The notes under the pieces: generated by a model
What the model saw: the letters and a program-made list of their open reading frames with translations, nothing else
Told to the model about the DNA's origin: nothing
Databases searched by the model: none
Position numbers and translations under genes: made by a program
Shown here: positions 39,020 through 48,243 of the stretch, piece by piece
How positions within the stretch are numbered: the first letter of the stretch is position 1
How the letters are laid out: each line of letters opens with the position of its first letter
Origin: a virus
IMG/VR virus record: IMGVR_UViG_3300043449_001609
Span: 4,864 to 68,863 of that record
DNA length: 64,000 bases
Strand: one strand, 5' to 3'

Positions 39020-39286
39020 TCAGCCCAAGTCTATCCAGAATACGTTCTTGCCCACGCGTTCGCCCACGCCGGGTATCAACTCCAACAACGGCGGCGGTAC
39101 CGGCATCATGTGCAGCTTGCGCAGGTTATCTTGTATTTGGTCGTACTGAGGGGACGCGACTAGCGACTTAATCTCCAGATCAGATAGCCACTTGGTGCCG
39201 GGCAGGCCGCCGTCGTAACGCAGCACGGACTTGATGCTGCCGTCATCAGCAAGCTCTACGCGCAGTGACGGGGTGTGCCCGCTCAC
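39020..39286 (-). CDS. Hypothetical protein, paralogue of the adjacent gene's C-terminus
   Basis: IPGVGERVGKNVFWID versus VPGVGLHVGDCVFWVE. Confidence 0.65.
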   Translation of the reverse strand: MSGHTPSLRVELADDGSIKSVLRYDGGLPGTKWLSDLEIKSLVASPQYDQIQDNLRKLHMMPVPPPLLELIPGVGERVGKNVFWIDLG

Positions 39287-39918
39287 GACTCCACCTCCAC
39301 CCAGAACACACAGTCCCCCACGTGCAGGCCAACACCCGGCACCACCATGTCGTCCAGCTCACGTGTGCCGAAGTCGATCACAGGCAGTATCACGAGCCGC
39401 TGTATTTTGTTCATCATCCACTCAGGCGCGGTGCCCTTGCTGTAGTAAGCCCTGACACCGTAGTCCGTCAAGGTCGCACGCCCGGAGCCCAGCGTGTCCA
39501 GCCACAGGTGCTCTTGCTTGCTAACCCACACTCGCACCATCGGCCGCGGCAAAATGCTGTCGTCACAGTAGGTGTCGTACTGCTCGCGCTCCACCACTGA
39601 GGCTGTCGCGCCGACGATGTTTCGTGAGTACATCGGATTGGGGTTGACGCCGATTTGCCACCCCCCAGTGCTGCTGGTTATGGTGGACACAAGGTGGCGG
39701 GATTGCGAACCCACCATAGTGATAAGGCCGCCACCAAGGCTGGCGCCAGAACTACCACCCAAAATACCCTGTGAGTGGGCAGGTACACCGTTGGTTGCGT
39801 TTGTCTGCTGTGCGCTTGCGTACAGCTTCTTGTTTTCTTTTTCTTGTTTCTTCACCGCAGCTCGGGCCGCGTCCATGCGGCGTTCTTCTTCCGTTTTCTT
39901 GCGAAACAAGTCTTTCAT
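39283..39918 (-). CDS. Hypothetical protein
   Basis: GAGGACTGACC-ATG start. Confidence 0.65.
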   Translation of the reverse strand: MKDLFRKKTEEERRMDAARAAVKKQEKENKKLYASAQQTNATNGVPAHSQGILGGSSGASLGGGLITMVGSQSRHLVSTITSSTGGWQIGVNPNPMYSRNIVGATASVVEREQYDTYCDDSILPRPMVRVWVSKQEHLWLDTLGSGRATLTDYGVRAYYSKGTAPEWMMNKIQRLVILPVIDFGTRELDDMVVPGVGLHVGDCVFWVEVES

Positions 39919-39920
39919 GG

Positions 39921-41156
39921 TCAGTCCTCGATGTGAACAGTCCGGCCAACGCCAGCTGTAGTGTGTTTATTGTTGAGTATACACCACAGCACAGGGCAGT
40001 TCCATTGCCCCCAGCTGCCGCCGAGATACCCGTCCGTCAATACAACGACAGCCTGCGGCGTGATGCGGTTCTCCTGCATATACTCAGGCACACATTCAAC
40101 AGTCGTGCCACCACCGCCGGCTGGCTTGGTGGACTGCACCAGCTTGTCCAGCTCCCCCTGCTCGTACACCTCCGAACGGCACACCTTGGTGTCCCAGTAC
40201 AGCAGGCGCACGCGCTGCGGGTTGACGGTGTCGCAGATACCCTTGACCTCACCCAGAAACTGCATGAGTTGTCGCCCGCCGATGGAGCCCGACGTGTCGA
40301 TGGCCAGCACCAGCTCACCCACAGCTTCGCTGATCGCAGTCGGCAGGTACACGCCAGACGAGACGTAGCGGCGGTTGGGTCGGCGCCACGTGGAGAAGTC
40401 ACGCCCCGTGCATGTGGTGGACACGAACTCGCGCAGCACCTCACGCCAGTCGATCTTCGGCTCCAGCAAGTCCTCCAGATTGCGGATGCCGCCGGTGCCC
40501 AGCTTGCCGGCCACAGCCACACCTTGGCGTACAGCCATGTCAATCTCGCGCTCCAGTGCGTGAGCTTCCTCGGGCGTCATCTCCTCGGCGCCTTCCCAGT
40601 CGTGCTCGTCCAGACTCGGCATACCGCCGCCCTTACCGGCGCTCTTGCCCTTACCTTTGCCGCCTTGCGGCTGTTGCTGCGGCTGTTGCTGCGCCTGCTG
40701 CTTGAGTAGCTGGTAAATCTGCGCGGAGTCCATGCCGTCGTACTGCGGGTCGTACAGCCCCTTGAGCGTGCCGTCCTTCTCGGTGGGCATGGCGATGCTG
40801 ACACCGAGCTTGGTGATGTCGTTCATGAGCTTGCCGTTGATGCAGTAGTCGCAGGCAGCGTTGGCCAGCTCGGCGTTCTCCTTGTACAGCGGGCGCCACG
40901 TGGTGAGGTGCCGGTACATCTTGTGGTAGCACTCGTGCAGCACGAGGAAGCGCAGCTCCGCGTCGCTCAGGCTGTCGATGAACGCACGCCCGTACATCTC
41001 GTCGCGTCCGTTGGTGCAGGCAGTGGGGATCGTGTCGCTGACACGCTTGCTGCCGACCATGAGCACCCCCTGCAAGGCGATGTACTCTGGTATGGCCATG
41101 ATGTCCACGACGGCTCGCGTGAGACGCTGGTCTGCGGTGAGTTGTTGGTTGAACAT
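39921..41156 (-). CDS. Metallopeptidase-VWA protein (DUF2201-like)
   Basis: TACTNG, HECYH (HExxH), IDTSGS MIDAS, GGGGT, LTDG. Confidence 0.85.
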   Translation of the reverse strand: MFNQQLTADQRLTRAVVDIMAIPEYIALQGVLMVGSKRVSDTIPTACTNGRDEMYGRAFIDSLSDAELRFLVLHECYHKMYRHLTTWRPLYKENAELANAACDYCINGKLMNDITKLGVSIAMPTEKDGTLKGLYDPQYDGMDSAQIYQLLKQQAQQQPQQQPQGGKGKGKSAGKGGGMPSLDEHDWEGAEEMTPEEAHALEREIDMAVRQGVAVAGKLGTGGIRNLEDLLEPKIDWREVLREFVSTTCTGRDFSTWRRPNRRYVSSGVYLPTAISEAVGELVLAIDTSGSIGGRQLMQFLGEVKGICDTVNPQRVRLLYWDTKVCRSEVYEQGELDKLVQSTKPAGGGGTTVECVPEYMQENRITPQAVVVLTDGYLGGSWGQWNCPVLWCILNNKHTTAGVGRTVHIED

Positions 41157-41193
41157 TGGTCTCGTCCTCTTGTGTATACCGCGGTATACAGGG

Positions 41194-41556
41194 TTAGCTT
41201 TGAAGCCCCGCGGTCACCGCGCGGCGTATGGCATCGTTTACTTCGTACGCGTTCAGCAGCATGCTCATGGCTCTGGACACCGGCTTGTTGTGCAGACCGC
41301 CGACACCCACGTGCTTGTAGCGCGCAGCTGCATCATCGACCGACACGTTTGTCTCCACAGTGCCAGCCTTCTTCCACACCCAGCTGACGTGCTTCCCCTG
41401 TGCCGCCGTGTATGCCGCTACCTCGTAGTGCAGCGTGTCGTGCACCGCCCAGCGCGGCCCCTTGGTCTTGACCGCCACCAGCCGGAGCAGGTACTCCTTT
41501 TTCTCTGCCTCCGGGGTGAATAACGTCCCGCAGTGCGGGCAGGTTACGGCATCCAT
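41194..41556 (-). CDS. Hypothetical protein
   Basis: GAGG RBS; CPHC; sits between AAA and VWA genes. Confidence 0.6.
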   Translation of the reverse strand: MDAVTCPHCGTLFTPEAEKKEYLLRLVAVKTKGPRWAVHDTLHYEVAAYTAAQGKHVSWVWKKAGTVETNVSVDDAAARYKHVGVGGLHNKPVSRAMSMLLNAYEVNDAIRRAVTAGLQS

Positions 41557-41564
41557 GCCTCACC

Positions 41565-42665
41565 TCACTTCTTCTCGGCGGCGTACAGCCAGCCGAACTT
41601 CTGTGCCCACTTGCCGAAGCCTGCGGCCATCACCACTGCGTTGCGGCGCTTGACGTTATACTTGGCCGGGCGGATGCCGTTCACGAACAGCCCCTGCGCT
41701 TCGCTCTCCAAGCGGTCGAGATAGGTGAACCATGCGTCCACCCACGTCTCGTCGATGAGCGACAGCGCGCGGTACACCACCATGCACGTGGCAGACGGGG
41801 ACGTCGGCACCACGGCAGACTTCGGGTTGTTCTTGATCGACTCCAGCGACGGCAGCTGGTCAGCGAGCTGCACGAACGCCATCAGGTCCAGCGCGCCGCG
41901 CTCGCCAATGGTACCCATGAGCAGGGAGACGAGCGTCTGCGAGTCCATGGTGTGGCGCAGCTTGACCCAGTCCGACGCAGCCTCCAGCGAGCGTGGCGTG
42001 ACGAACGCCGTGCGCTGCTCGCGCGGATGGTAGATGTACGGGTTGTCGCTCGGGCGGTCCACATCTTCGAACGTGTGGAACAGCTGCGGGTTGTCCTTGC
42101 ACCAGCCAAGCAACGTGTGGTCGATGCCGTTCTCGATGCCCCACTCGATCCACTCCATCGCCTCGGGCTTGCGCATGGTGAGCACGGTCATGCGGTTGCG
42201 TGCGTGCGGCGGCAGCAGGTCGCCCACACCCTCGGCGCCCAAGTTGGTCGTCGCGAACACGAGGCTGTCCGGGTGCAGCGTGTAGCTGCCGATCTTGCGC
42301 TCCAGCATGAGGCGCAGCATCGCGTTCTTCACGGCAGGGTTGGCCTTGCCATACTCGTCCAGCATCAGGATCACCGGCGCGTTCAGGTGCACGCCCAGCT
42401 CCTCGTTGGTGAGGTACGACACGAAGCCAGTTCCGTCGTCGAGCTTGGCGATGTTGGGGATGGTGATGTCGCCCAAGTCCTTGGTCGTGCAGTCGAAGTA
42501 GCATGGCGTGTGCGTCGGCAGCGCGTCAGCGAGCATGCGCAGCAGGGATGACTTACCCGTGCCCATGTGCCCTTGCACAAGCACCGTGCGGTGGTTGCCA
42601 CCGTTCTTGATGGCGTTGAAGGTCTGGTCGATAGACAGTGCGTACATCTGTTGTGCGGTCGTCAT
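41565..42665 (-). CDS. MoxR-like AAA+ ATPase
   Basis: Walker A GHMGTGKS, Walker B LMLDE, ATTN, TPRS. Confidence 0.85.
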   Translation of the reverse strand: MTTAQQMYALSIDQTFNAIKNGGNHRTVLVQGHMGTGKSSLLRMLADALPTHTPCYFDCTTKDLGDITIPNIAKLDDGTGFVSYLTNEELGVHLNAPVILMLDEYGKANPAVKNAMLRLMLERKIGSYTLHPDSLVFATTNLGAEGVGDLLPPHARNRMTVLTMRKPEAMEWIEWGIENGIDHTLLGWCKDNPQLFHTFEDVDRPSDNPYIYHPREQRTAFVTPRSLEAASDWVKLRHTMDSQTLVSLLMGTIGERGALDLMAFVQLADQLPSLESIKNNPKSAVVPTSPSATCMVVYRALSLIDETWVDAWFTYLDRLESEAQGLFVNGIRPAKYNVKRRNAVVMAAGFGKWAQKFGWLYAAEKK

Positions 42666-42668
42666 GGT

Positions 42669-42842
42669 CTAGTCCTCTTTCGATTGGTTCATTTTGTTTA
42701 CCCACTCCACAGCGGCTTGCTGCGTGGGGAAGATCAGCTCTTGGTGTCCGGTACTCCAGCGGTGCAAGTACACGAAACCGTCTTTGCCATCCTTGGCTTC
42801 CGTCGCCTTGCGCATGTAGAACACGTCGTGTTCCGTGGTCAT
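42669..42842 (-). CDS. Small hypothetical protein (57 aa)
   Basis: Translated by hand, MTTEHDVFYMRK...QSKED; AGAGGA RBS. Confidence 0.65.
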   Translation of the reverse strand: MTTEHDVFYMRKATEAKDGKDGFVYLHRWSTGHQELIFPTQQAAVEWVNKMNQSKED

Positions 42843-42875
42843 GGTCTAGTCCTCTTGTGTATACCGCGGTATACA

Positions 42876-43091
42876 TTAGTGTGATGTGTTCAGCTTCTTC
42901 TCGATGAGTCCGTTCAGTTCACGTACACGGGTAACCGCATCCTTGAGTGGTTCCCACTTCAACTCGTCGTCACGCAGGTGCAGCACGACGTAAGCTGCAA
43001 TCTGGGGCAGCAGGACGCGCACTTCCGTGTACGCATCCGACGCTTCCTGATCCGTCTCCAGCAGGGTGATGAACTCAACCATGCCTGCCAT
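42876..43091 (-). CDS. Hypothetical protein
   Basis: Fills the gap exactly; stop abuts a palindrome. Confidence 0.55.
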   Translation of the reverse strand: MAGMVEFITLLETDQEASDAYTEVRVLLPQIAAYVVLHLRDDELKWEPLKDAVTRVRELNGLIEKKLNTSH

Positions 43092-43092
43092 G

Positions 43093-44007
43093 TTACATCC
43101 CCAGCCCCGGCAAAGTTGCGATGATGGCGTCCACGCGCGCCTTGGTCTGGCGACGCAGCACGTTGTCCTCGCGCAGTGCAGCGGGGGTCACGTTGAACAT
43201 GGCGTTGCGCAGCATGTCCGCGGCGGACTTCATCGTCGCGTCGTTGGTTATGTTGCACGTCTCCAGCAGGTTAATCATATCCAGCACGTTGTCCACGAGC
43301 GAGTCGCGGAACACCTTCTTATCCGTGTCGCCCAGATAGTCGAGACGGTCGGACATGCGCTTGAGTGCGTCGTACACACGCTCCCATACGCTACGCATCG
43401 CACCCTCCAGCTGCGTGCGGTAGTACTCGGAGTAGTGCTTGGTCAGCGTGGCCTTGGCCTCGTTGCCGACGTCCACACGCCAGTCGCCAGCATCAGGCAG
43501 CGGGATGTAGTTCACCCGGAACCCGAACTTCTCACGCACGGACTCGGATGACGGGTACTCGCCGCGCTTGAACAGCTCGCCCAGTCGCAGCTCCGCCTGC
43601 CCCACCTCCCAGTCATACGCTTGCACGAATGCCTCCACGAGTCGCCAGAACTCCGCTTGCAGCGTGGTCATCTCGTTCTGGTAGGTGAAGAACGCAGCGC
43701 TGGGCAAGATGCGCAAGCCGCTGTCACTCCACGGCATGGTGCTGGCGTAGGACGCCGTGCGCACGTTGGCTGCGAACTTGATGACCGCCTCCAGCTCCGG
43801 GCAGTCCCCGAGCAGCTTCTTGTTGACGTTGGCCACGCCACGCTTGGCGTTCTTGTTGTCGGTCACCTCGTTGCTCGCCTTCTTGTCGAGCTTCTTGCCC
43901 GTCCAGCACGAGATGGACAGCTCCACCAGCATGCTGCTCGTGCCGATACTCGGCACCGAGATTTCAGGGGCGTTGTTGGTAAAAGGGATCACTTGTGCAG
44001 TGTTCAT
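43093..44007 (-). CDS. Conserved early phage protein (DUF3150-like)
   Basis: LSISCWTGKKLD, TMPWSDSGLRIL, YPSSESVREKF; next to AAA/VWA pair. Confidence 0.6.
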   Translation of the reverse strand: MNTAQVIPFTNNAPEISVPSIGTSSMLVELSISCWTGKKLDKKASNEVTDNKNAKRGVANVNKKLLGDCPELEAVIKFAANVRTASYASTMPWSDSGLRILPSAAFFTYQNEMTTLQAEFWRLVEAFVQAYDWEVGQAELRLGELFKRGEYPSSESVREKFGFRVNYIPLPDAGDWRVDVGNEAKATLTKHYSEYYRTQLEGAMRSVWERVYDALKRMSDRLDYLGDTDKKVFRDSLVDNVLDMINLLETCNITNDATMKSAADMLRNAMFNVTPAALREDNVLRRQTKARVDAIIATLPGLGM

Positions 44008-44092
44008 CGCGTCAGTCCTCTTGGTTGTGTATACCGTGGTATACAGTTTGGGTAGTCATGAGCGGGCGGTCTTTTCCCAGCTCATGTTGCAC

Positions 44093-44121
44093 ATTATACA
44101 CTCATATTACATTCAAGTCAA
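44093..44121 (-). promoter_or_regulatory. Strong sigma70-type early promoter
   Basis: TTGACT-N17-TATAAT. Confidence 0.8.
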
Positions 44122-44124
44122 ATG

Positions 44125-44574
44125 TCACTCGTCCCCGACGAAGCGGAGCTTGTGATCCTTCTTGGGCTTTTTCTCGGAGCACTTCACGCAGGCTCCATCG
44201 AGCTTGTACCGCATGTACGTGCCGCACGCCATGTGATAGTCGCCCCGGAACACATCGCGCTGCGCCAGCCGCTTGTCTCTCGACTGCTGCTTGCTGCGCT
44301 CGCCAGCACACACCACGCAGGTGCGGCTGGACACGTAGCGGATGGTGCCCCCGCACTTGTCGCATGGCCGGGCCTCGTACGTCGTCAGGCGCAGCCGGCG
44401 GGCCTGCGCGCGCTTCTTCTTGTCGATGCGGGCCTCCTCGGTATCGCGTGCCTTGTAGGGTGCGTCGAGCGGTACGTCACGCTGTACACGCGACCACAGT
44501 GTGTTGATCGGGATGCCGGTGAACTCATGTACCCGGCGCAGTTTCTCGGCAGTGCTGTTTCTATCGCGTTTCAT
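44125..44574 (-). CDS. HTH plus Zn-finger hypothetical protein
   Basis: GIPINTLWSRV; CDKCGG...CVVC. Confidence 0.6.
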   Translation of the reverse strand: MKRDRNSTAEKLRRVHEFTGIPINTLWSRVQRDVPLDAPYKARDTEEARIDKKKRAQARRLRLTTYEARPCDKCGGTIRYVSSRTCVVCAGERSKQQSRDKRLAQRDVFRGDYHMACGTYMRYKLDGACVKCSEKKPKKDHKLRFVGDE

Positions 44575-46024
44575 CAGTATTCCTCCATCGTGTGGTAGTC
44601 ATAGTTCATCGGTGGTGGTGGCGGCAGGTGTGGGGCAATCCCGCTTGCTATCGCACGGTTTATGCCGTCCACCGCACCGAACTTGTACACAAGATCCATC
44701 GTTTGGTACGTCAGTGCGTACCGTGCGCCGTTCAGCAAGATGACGGCCAGCATCTGTACCCCCCGTACCTGCATTTTTGTGTCGACTTCGCGCAGCGTGA
44801 TGCTAGATTCGTCCAGCGAGTGTTGAAGCAGCGTCATGAGCTTTGCCGACCTGTCTATGTGGAACTCCCGCTGCATCTGGCGCTCGTAATCGCGGTTGCT
44901 GGGGTTGTTGATAGATGTACTTATCGCCATACACCATCCCTCCCATCAAGTCCTATCAGCTCACGCAGAAACTTCACGCCTGTCTGTGTCGTGGGCTCGT
45001 GCGGATGCAGCTGGCTGTGTTGCTTGGATGTCGTCGGCCCCCACTTCTCGCCGTTCTCCAGCCAGTACTTGTTGGTCTGGTCGTAGGCAAACATCGGCCA
45101 GTGGTAGCCATAGCTGTACACCACGTAGTAGCTGCGCTCGCCGTGCTGTCGTATCTCCGCGAACGTGTTGTGCCCACGGAACGGTCGATGCTTCTGCACG
45201 TAAGGGCGTGCGTCCCGGTTATTTATCTTCATATTTCACCTCCGTGATTTCGTCGTGAATGGCCTGTGTCCACGTCATGCGCCCCGTTGTCGTGCCTGCG
45301 TATTGCAACGGCGGCGACTGGGGCGTGCCGTATGTCAGATAGTTTTTCAGGTGCGTCTGCCAGTCTGACGTTTTGGCAGGCTCCCAACCCAACAACTCAC
45401 GCAACACATCAATGTCCATCGGCACTGTCGCCGTACCGGGGTGTGCGTCTTTTTTCGCTTGATTGCGGTTCGTATCAGCGGGGTGATACCCCTCCCGCTC
45501 CAACCACGCCCCGCTCGACTTGACGTACACATAGATGGGCTGGCGTGCGTACGGCTCGCGCTCATCCGCCCGCGACCCCAAGCACACCACGTAGAACCCC
45601 CCATACCACAGGCCACAGTGCTCGGTGCTCCGGTACTCCATGCGGTGGTGCGTGTAGATATGCGCATTGCGCGGGCTGCGCAGCTGCTTGCGGATCGACC
45701 GCGGCTCTCGGTTCTTGTTCACAGCACGCCTCCCGCTTCGCCCTCGGACACGTAACCTGCGACCACCGCGCGCACCAGTGCGTGCTGCCAGTATGCAGGC
45801 ACACCACGCTTGGACTTGCTGAACTCAGCTATGTCATACGCCCATACCCGGCGCACAGAACCGCTACGTCTGTTCTTCGCCACCAGCTGATGCGGCATCG
45901 TCAAGTTGTTGGGCTCCTCGGCTATGTGCACGAACAACTCGTGCCCACCGAACTCCCCGAGCCCCTTGCACTGTGCGCAGTTGTCCTCGTGGTCCCACCA
46001 GCCCCAGTTCTCATCTCTTTTCAT
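44574..46024 (-). other. Four coupled hypothetical early genes (44574-44930, 44921-45232, 45219-45722, 45719-46024)
   Basis: Overlapping starts and stops, RBS-like motifs. Confidence 0.6.
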
Positions 46025-46101
46025 ACGCCCTCCAGTTGTTGTGTATACCGTGGTATACATACTTGATAAAATTCTTGCGTGGTGCTTCGCCCACTCAGGT
46101 G

Positions 46102-46885
46102 TCATAGTCGCCTCCGCTTGCGCAGCTCCCACTCCACCAACGCAGTGCGGCGCTCCAGCCACTCGTTGCCCTCCGGTGCACGGCGGCACGTTTCCAGAAG
46201 CAGCAGACGGTGCATGGCCTCCAACATGTTGTTGCTTTCCTGCCTGAGCCGTATCGCTTGTAGCTTCACATGTTCAGGTGTCACGGCTTCAACCTCCGCC
46301 TGCGCATCTCTGCATATTCCACGTCGCGCTCCATACGCAAGCGTGCAAAGCCTACCGGGCTTAGGTGGCTCTGCCCCTCGTTCTCGGCGATGGCGTCCAC
46401 ACCCATCCGGTGCAACTCTATGAGTGCGGTGTCGCTATGCTGACGTATGCGGATCGCGTACTTCTTCCTCCGCTCCGGTGTGGAGGTCATGTCGACGTCG
46501 CTCATGGGAAATCTCATACCTTCATCCTCCGCCGCTTCATCTCCGCCAGCGACACCTGTGCGTCCTTGACATACCGCAGGTTGGTGGTAAACGGGCTAGA
46601 TTGAGCTTTCTTGATGGCATCACGAGCGAACTCGCGAGCGAACTCACGATCTGACATGTAGCACGCTTTGACCTGACGGTTGTCCATGTGACGCAGTGCT
46701 ATGGCATACAGCTTGAGGGGTTCTGCGTCCGTGCCCGGTATCGACGCTGCCCGTATCGACATTTCCCAGAAGTCGTCTCTCATTGATGCCAGTTCCTCAT
46801 CTCCTCCGGGCTCAGCTGATAGCACTCGTACGAGTGCAGCACGCCCTTGCTGTCCACGTAACGCTCGCCACACCCTGTTGCCCAC
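46102..46885 (-). other. Three tandem paralogous small genes (46102-46284, 46281-46517, 46514 to about 46800)
   Basis: Shared K-x-(Y/Q)-A-I-x-(L/I)-R and E-(M/L)-(R/K)-(R/K)-R-R motifs. Confidence 0.65.
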
Positions 46886-46992
46886 ATGAACAGGATATAG
46901 GCAATCAACAAGCCCATGATGAGGCAGGCAAAAAACGCTTTCAATATGTCCAGCATGTCATCCTCCTGTGTATACCGTGGTATACAGTTGTT

Positions 46993-47736
46993 TCATACAC
47001 ACTCGTACGGGTTAGCTTTCAACGCGCGAATGCGAACGCACCTGCGGCGTATCCGGTTGGCGTAGTCGAGCAGCTTCTGTTTCACTTCCTCGTGCATGAC
47101 CACACGGAACGGAATGCCGTTGAGCTGGCGATAGCGCTTGTACTCCTCCACGATGGGCCGGCATTCTTCTACACGAATATCGTATATCTCATCACGCAGT
47201 GACTCTATTTCCTGCTGTGCCTTGTCCTTGATGCTGTCTGCATACGCATCCTCGGCCCACGATTGTGCGTTGTGGTTGGCTGCGTATGCGGCTTCACGCA
47301 GGTCGTCGGTCCTGTCTCTGAAGTATGCGACCACGCCGGAGCACTCGCTGTGCCGCGCCACGGGCACGAAGAACCCACTGACCTTGACCACGGCAGCCTC
47401 CACGGTAGCATCACCGTCCACGTCCGCACCGTGGCGCTCCAGTATGCGCTTCAGATCGACTTCGTCATCCTTCTCCACGTGCCGCCATGGCCAGTCGTCG
47501 TCTTGCAAGTACAGCTCACCGCGCTCGCCGCGGCTCACGGGGTACGTGTCCCGGTTACTGTACGGGCTGAACAGATATGTACGCACGCTGCGCCACGATG
47601 TGTCATCGTCCGGCCTTCCCCACACCGCGTTGTTGCTCCGCGTGACCGCTGCGTACTCCTTGTAGAAGGCAAGCCGCGCCTTGGCGCTGTACATCATCGC
47701 CTGCACGTTGGGTCTAGGGGGATTTTTGTATGCCAT
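46993..47736 (-). CDS. Hypothetical early protein
   Basis: GGAGAG RBS before MAYKNPPRP. Confidence 0.6.
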   Translation of the reverse strand: MAYKNPPRPNVQAMMYSAKARLAFYKEYAAVTRSNNAVWGRPDDDTSWRSVRTYLFSPYSNRDTYPVSRGERGELYLQDDDWPWRHVEKDDEVDLKRILERHGADVDGDATVEAAVVKVSGFFVPVARHSECSGVVAYFRDRTDDLREAAYAANHNAQSWAEDAYADSIKDKAQQEIESLRDEIYDIRVEECRPIVEEYKRYRQLNGIPFRVVMHEEVKQKLLDYANRIRRRCVRIRALKANPYECV

Positions 47737-47895
47737 GTGTCTCTCTCCAGTTGTCACAGGGTTTTTGGGACAAGTAGTGCGCCTCGGTGCGCGCTTGCTT
47801 CAGCAACGCCAGCACCAGCTCCGCCTCCACGCGGTCGTGAAACTCCGCCACGGTGTATGTGTCCTTGCACTTGCCGACACGTTGTAGATACAGCT

Positions 47896-48243
47896 TCATG
47901 CGCACAATTCCTCCGGTATATTCACCTCGTCACCGAGTTTGGACGCGACGTAGCAGCGCATGGCTGCGATGAGGGGGGTGGGGGCACCGTGCCATTCGCC
48001 GTAGTAGGCGTACCACTCGGCTGAGTCTGGGTCTGGGTCTATGTTGATTCGCTCCCGCTCGATGATCGGGCCGGCTTGGTTCCAGCTGGATGACCAGCGG
48101 TACAGGTACTCGCCGTTCTTGACCACGTGCTTGCGCTGATCCCTCCAGTCTGACACACCGAATCGTGTCGCCTCCGGGTCTTCAATGGTTGTTACCGCCC
48201 AATCCAACGCAATATCCGCCAACTCACTCACCTTAATCTGCAT
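47896..48243 (-). CDS. NinX/DUF2591-family phage protein
   Basis: KVSEL...LDWAV...WNQAGPIIERE...TPLIAAMRCYVASKLGDEV. Confidence 0.8.
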   Translation of the reverse strand: MQIKVSELADIALDWAVTTIEDPEATRFGVSDWRDQRKHVVKNGEYLYRWSSSWNQAGPIIERERINIDPDPDSAEWYAYYGEWHGAPTPLIAAMRCYVASKLGDEVNIPEELCA

